Origin: Bacteroidota bacterium
Lineage (GTDB): Bacteria > Bacteroidota > Bacteroidia > SXHM01
Assembly: GCA_947478465.1 (NCBI GenBank)
Contig: CANJWH010000004.1
Coordinates: 30,727 to 94,726 of the forward strand
Reading direction: 5' to 3'
DNA length: 64,000 nucleotides
Shown here one piece after another: positions 58,897-64,000 of the stretch. The translations under genes and the position numbers were made by a program. The notes under the pieces are model-generated. The model was not told where the DNA came from and searched no databases. It was given only the letters and a program-made list of their open reading frames with translations. Each line of letters opens with the position of its first letter. The stretch's first letter is position 1.

Positions 58897-59997
58897 TTAA
58901 TCAACCCAGTCAGCAACAAATGTATTGGTGTTGTGCGTGCCGCCATTATTGCGGTTGGAAGAAAATACAACATGTTTGCCGTTATTTGAAAAAACGGGAA
59001 ACGCATCAAAAACACCATCAAATGTAATTTGCTCAAGCCCGGTGCCATCAAGGTTAATCATGAAAAGATTGAAATGATATCCTTTTTCTGAAGCATGGTT
59101 TGATGAGAAAATAACCTTATCGCCTGAAGGATGAAAGAATGGTGCCCAGTTTGCTTTTCCAAGATTGGTTAGCTGTTTCAGATCACTGCCATCTGCATTA
59201 CAAATGAATAATTCCATTTTGGTTGGCATTACTAAACCTTCTTTTAACAGGTCTTTGTATTCTTTTATTTCTTCTTCAGTTGTTGGTCGCGAAGCGCGGA
59301 AAATCAGTTTTGTTCCGTCAGGCGAAAAGAAGGCTCCACCATCGTAACCCAAGCCTTTGGTAATTTGCTTTATATCCGAGCCGTCTATGTTCATGGTATA
59401 AAGCTCAGGGTCGCCCGATCGTAAAGAAGTAAAAACAATTTTATCACCTTTGGGCGAAACAGTTGCTTCTGCATCATAGCCGGGAGAGTTGGTCAATTGT
59501 TTTTTGATATTTCCTTTCAGGTCGGCAACAAAAATATCGAAGCTGTCATATATTGGCCACACATATTTGTGGTCCGCTCGCTGCGCTGGTTTTGGTGGAC
59601 AAGCATCACCGGAAAGATGAGTTGAAGCATAGAGGAATGTAGTATCACCCGGAAGAAAATAGGAACAGGTTGTTCTGCCTTTGCCGGTGCTTACTAACAT
59701 TGGTTTGTAACTGCTGTCGGCTTTTGCAACTTCATAAACAAAGATCTGGTCGCATTCAGCACCTAGTTTTTCGTTGGTGATTTGCATCACTAATTTGCTG
59801 TCGTCAAAACTCCAGTAAGCTTCAGCATTATCTCCACCGAAGGTTAATTGGCGCATATTGGTAAGATGTTTTTCCTGTGGGTAATGAATCGCGCTGTCGC
59901 TTGGTGCGGTTTGTTGTTGTTGTGTCTCCTGTTTTGGTGAGCAGGAAGCAAGAATGAAAATTGATATAGTAACAAGAAGATAATTGAAGTCTTTCAT
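58897..59997 (-). CDS. TolB-like PD40-repeat lipoprotein
   Basis: Lipobox LASC; repeats GDNAEAYWS, GYDAEATVSP, GYDGGAFFSPDG, NWAPFFHP, FDAFPVFS. Confidence 0.9.
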   Translation of the reverse strand: MKDFNYLLVTISIFILASCSPKQETQQQQTAPSDSAIHYPQEKHLTNMRQLTFGGDNAEAYWSFDDSKLVMQITNEKLGAECDQIFVYEVAKADSSYKPMLVSTGKGRTTCSYFLPGDTTFLYASTHLSGDACPPKPAQRADHKYVWPIYDSFDIFVADLKGNIKKQLTNSPGYDAEATVSPKGDKIVFTSLRSGDPELYTMNIDGSDIKQITKGLGYDGGAFFSPDGTKLIFRASRPTTEEEIKEYKDLLKEGLVMPTKMELFICNADGSDLKQLTNLGKANWAPFFHPSGDKVIFSSNHASEKGYHFNLFMINLDGTGLEQITFDGVFDAFPVFSNNGKHVVFSSNRNNGGTHNTNTFVADWVD

Positions 59998-60020
59998 ACG
60001 TGTTTTATAGTTCTAAACCT

Positions 60021-60039
60021 TAGATTTGCGGCAAATATA
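60021..60039. promoter_or_regulatory. Overlapping divergent -7 elements
   Basis: TAGATTTG (+, 60021-60028) and TATATTTG (-, 60032-60039) in a 48-bp intergenic gap. Confidence 0.55.
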
Positions 60040-60045
60040 AACGCT

Positions 60046-61275
60046 ATGCTCCATAAATTTTTCCATTTCATACTTTTTCTTTTTGTTGTACAATTTTCGT
60101 TTGCGCAGTCATCTGAAGAGATTATCGCTTCACTAAAAACTGACCTCACCTATTTAGCCGATGATAAATTAGAAGGCAGAGAGACCGGTACAAAAGGTGG
60201 TGAACTGGCTGCAGATTATATCGCGAAGCGATTTGCTGAAATTGGTTTGCAACCCAAAGGTGATAATGCAACCTTTTTTCAGGTTTTTAATCAAAAACCT
60301 AAAGGAATTCATGGCGAAACACTTCCAGATATCGTAAAAGAAGTAAGTGTAAAAAATGTTATGGGTTTTATTGATAATGGTTCAGCAACAACAATAGTTA
60401 TTGGTGCACATTATGACCATCTTGGGTATGGTGAAGAAGGTTCATTGAATACAGGCGAGAAAGCCATACACAATGGTGCAGATGATAATGCCAGCGGGAC
60501 TTCTGCTCTTATACAGATTGCAAAAGACCTGAAAGGAAAGAATACAAATAATAATTACCTTTTAATTGCTTTTTCGGGTGAAGAAAAGGGCTTGTGGGGT
60601 TCTAATTATTACTCAAAAAATTCTACAATTCCCATCAATACTATTAATTACATGATTAATATGGATATGGTTGGAAGGCTATCTGAAAACAAACTTGCAG
60701 TTTATGGAACAGGTACTTCGCCTGTCTGGAATGATTTGCTGAAAAAAGTAATTCCTGATAGTATAAAACTTTCCAAAACAGAATCGGGTGTAGGTCCCAG
60801 CGATCATACTTCGTTTTACCTTAAAGATATCCCTGTGCTGCACTTCTTTACCGGTCAACATGCCGATTATCATAAACCTTCTGATGATGTGGACAAAATC
60901 AGTTTCACTGGAATGGTAACTGTAATTAACTTCATTGAAAAAGTGATTGATGAACTGAATGATGATGGTAAACTTGCTTTCACAAAAACTAAAGAAGAAG
61001 ACAAAGCAAATACACCTGCCTTTAAAGTTACACTAGGTGTTATGCCGGATTATATGTTCAGCGGAAAAGGCATGCAGATTAGTGCTGTGCGTGATGGTAA
61101 GCCAGCAGCTAATGCAGGTCTATTAGCAGGTGATGTTGTCATTAAAATCGGCAAAACCGATGTGGTTGACATGCAAACTTACATGCAGGCATTAAGCCTT
61201 TATAAAGTAGGCGACAAAGTAAAAGTAGTTGCTTTACGCGGCGGAAAAAAGAAAACAGTGAAGCTTGTGTTTTAA
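60046..61275 (+). CDS. M28 family peptidase with C-terminal PDZ domain
   Basis: GAHYDH, GADDNASG, GEEKGL, NMDM, SDH, YHKPSD; PDZ LGVMPD...AGLLAGDVV. Confidence 0.93.
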   Translation: MLHKFFHFILFLFVVQFSFAQSSEEIIASLKTDLTYLADDKLEGRETGTKGGELAADYIAKRFAEIGLQPKGDNATFFQVFNQKPKGIHGETLPDIVKEVSVKNVMGFIDNGSATTIVIGAHYDHLGYGEEGSLNTGEKAIHNGADDNASGTSALIQIAKDLKGKNTNNNYLLIAFSGEEKGLWGSNYYSKNSTIPINTINYMINMDMVGRLSENKLAVYGTGTSPVWNDLLKKVIPDSIKLSKTESGVGPSDHTSFYLKDIPVLHFFTGQHADYHKPSDDVDKISFTGMVTVINFIEKVIDELNDDGKLAFTKTKEEDKANTPAFKVTLGVMPDYMFSGKGMQISAVRDGKPAANAGLLAGDVVIKIGKTDVVDMQTYMQALSLYKVGDKVKVVALRGGKKKTVKLVF

Positions 61276-61285
61276 AACAGCTCTT

Positions 61286-62422
61286 TTATTCCTCACTTGA
61301 ATTCTTCATTTTCATAAGTAAATTGTACGCTCCTTTTGTAACAACTGTTTGTTGCGAAAGAGTTGTTGCATTGTCTGAAATAATTGCCGTAAAACCATTT
61401 TCACTGTTGCCTGTTATTATTTCCACAAGTTCAAATTCGGTTTTACTTTTTGGAACAAATACAAACTGTTTGCTTTCATAACTTACAATTGCATCTGATG
61501 GCACTGTATAATTATTCTCGCTTTTGATTTCTATTTCTGCATTCATAAACATTCCCGGAATTAGTGTTTTGTCGTAGTTTTCAAAATGACAGTGAACCAC
61601 TATACTTCTGTCCTGAGTTAAATCCTGACCAATTAATATTATTTTACATGGATATTTTTTTTCCGGATTAGTATTGTTATAGGCAATTATCTTTTGTCCT
61701 ACAGTTAGTTGGTTGATGTCTTTTTCATAAACAGTGAGCGCTAAGTGAATATCTGTAGGGTTTACAATTTCAAATAGCACATCTGACGGGTTTACATATT
61801 TGCCTATATTAACATTTACTCTGGATACATAACCATCAATTGGAGAGTAAATGCTTACACTTCGTGAAAGATTAGTTTCATCTAATTTGTCTGGATTTAT
61901 GCTAATGAGTTTTAATTTTTCGGAAAGTGATTTAACTAAGATTTTCTGCGCTGTATAATCATTCTGCGCCTGCTGAAATATTTTATCGCTGCTGGCTTTA
62001 CTTGTGTTTAAATCCTTTTGGCGGTTAAACTCTGCTTCAGTTAAGTTTAATTTTGCCTTCGCAGTCAGATAGTTTTCCTGCAATGAAATGTACTGCTGGT
62101 CTTCAATAACAGCCAGCACATCTCCTTTGCTGATGTGCATTCCCGGTAAAAGTTCTGTTGTTTTTAAATATCCACCTAAAGGCACACTCACTGAAAGCAT
62201 GTTTTGTGGTGGAACATCGATTACTCCATTCACTTTCAGTATTGATGAAATGATTTTTTGTTCCGGTTTAGCTATTGCTATTCCTGCATTCTGCAATTGT
62301 GCTTCTGAAATAGTAACGGTATTTTCAGTTAAAGCTATTGATGTTTTGGTTTCTTCGGATTTATTACTTGAACAGCCAGCTAAAATTGATATAGCTATTG
62401 ATAGTGTGATGAAATATTTCAT
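61286..62422 (-). CDS. RND efflux periplasmic adaptor (CzcB/CusB-like) lipoprotein
   Basis: Lipobox LAGC; GVIDVPP, SPIDGYV, PGMFMNAEI. Confidence 0.92.
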   Translation of the reverse strand: MKYFITLSIAISILAGCSSNKSEETKTSIALTENTVTISEAQLQNAGIAIAKPEQKIISSILKVNGVIDVPPQNMLSVSVPLGGYLKTTELLPGMHISKGDVLAVIEDQQYISLQENYLTAKAKLNLTEAEFNRQKDLNTSKASSDKIFQQAQNDYTAQKILVKSLSEKLKLISINPDKLDETNLSRSVSIYSPIDGYVSRVNVNIGKYVNPSDVLFEIVNPTDIHLALTVYEKDINQLTVGQKIIAYNNTNPEKKYPCKIILIGQDLTQDRSIVVHCHFENYDKTLIPGMFMNAEIEIKSENNYTVPSDAIVSYESKQFVFVPKSKTEFELVEIITGNSENGFTAIISDNATTLSQQTVVTKGAYNLLMKMKNSSEE

Positions 62423-62434
62423 GATTGATTTCTT

Positions 62435-64000
<1,566 letters not shown>

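Overview
A 64 kb gene-dense chromosomal segment from a Bacteroidota bacterium, judged from TAnnTTTG -7 promoter elements, PorT/T9SS cargo, Gld proteins and MurA with PGGDKIG. Most of it is housekeeping and envelope genes (asnB, lpdA, nnr, dtd, ubiE/menG, porT, dnaJ/grpE, murA, mutL, ndh, bioA, murQ, fsa, priA). It also carries three T9SS cargo genes (one broken by a single in-frame TAA), a fused gldF-gldG gene, a Crp/Fnr-led rhodanese/OsmC/thioredoxin cluster and the 3' part of a CusA-TolC fused RND system. I found no transposase, prophage, CRISPR array, rRNA or tRNA. The best candidates for undescribed biology are: (1) a structured intergenic block at 6.15-6.76 kb with a REP doublet, a 47-codon hydrophobic ORF and a convergent rod-shaped ~119-nt RNA; (2) a MauG-type di-heme lipoprotein paired with a beta-barrel and lacking mau/mbnP partners; (3) a STAS-like protein coupled to murQ; (4) a persulfide/thiol relay operon with a Crp-type site at about -42; (5) the GldF-GldG fusion operon. 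All calls come from reading motifs by eye; no database search or folding program was run.
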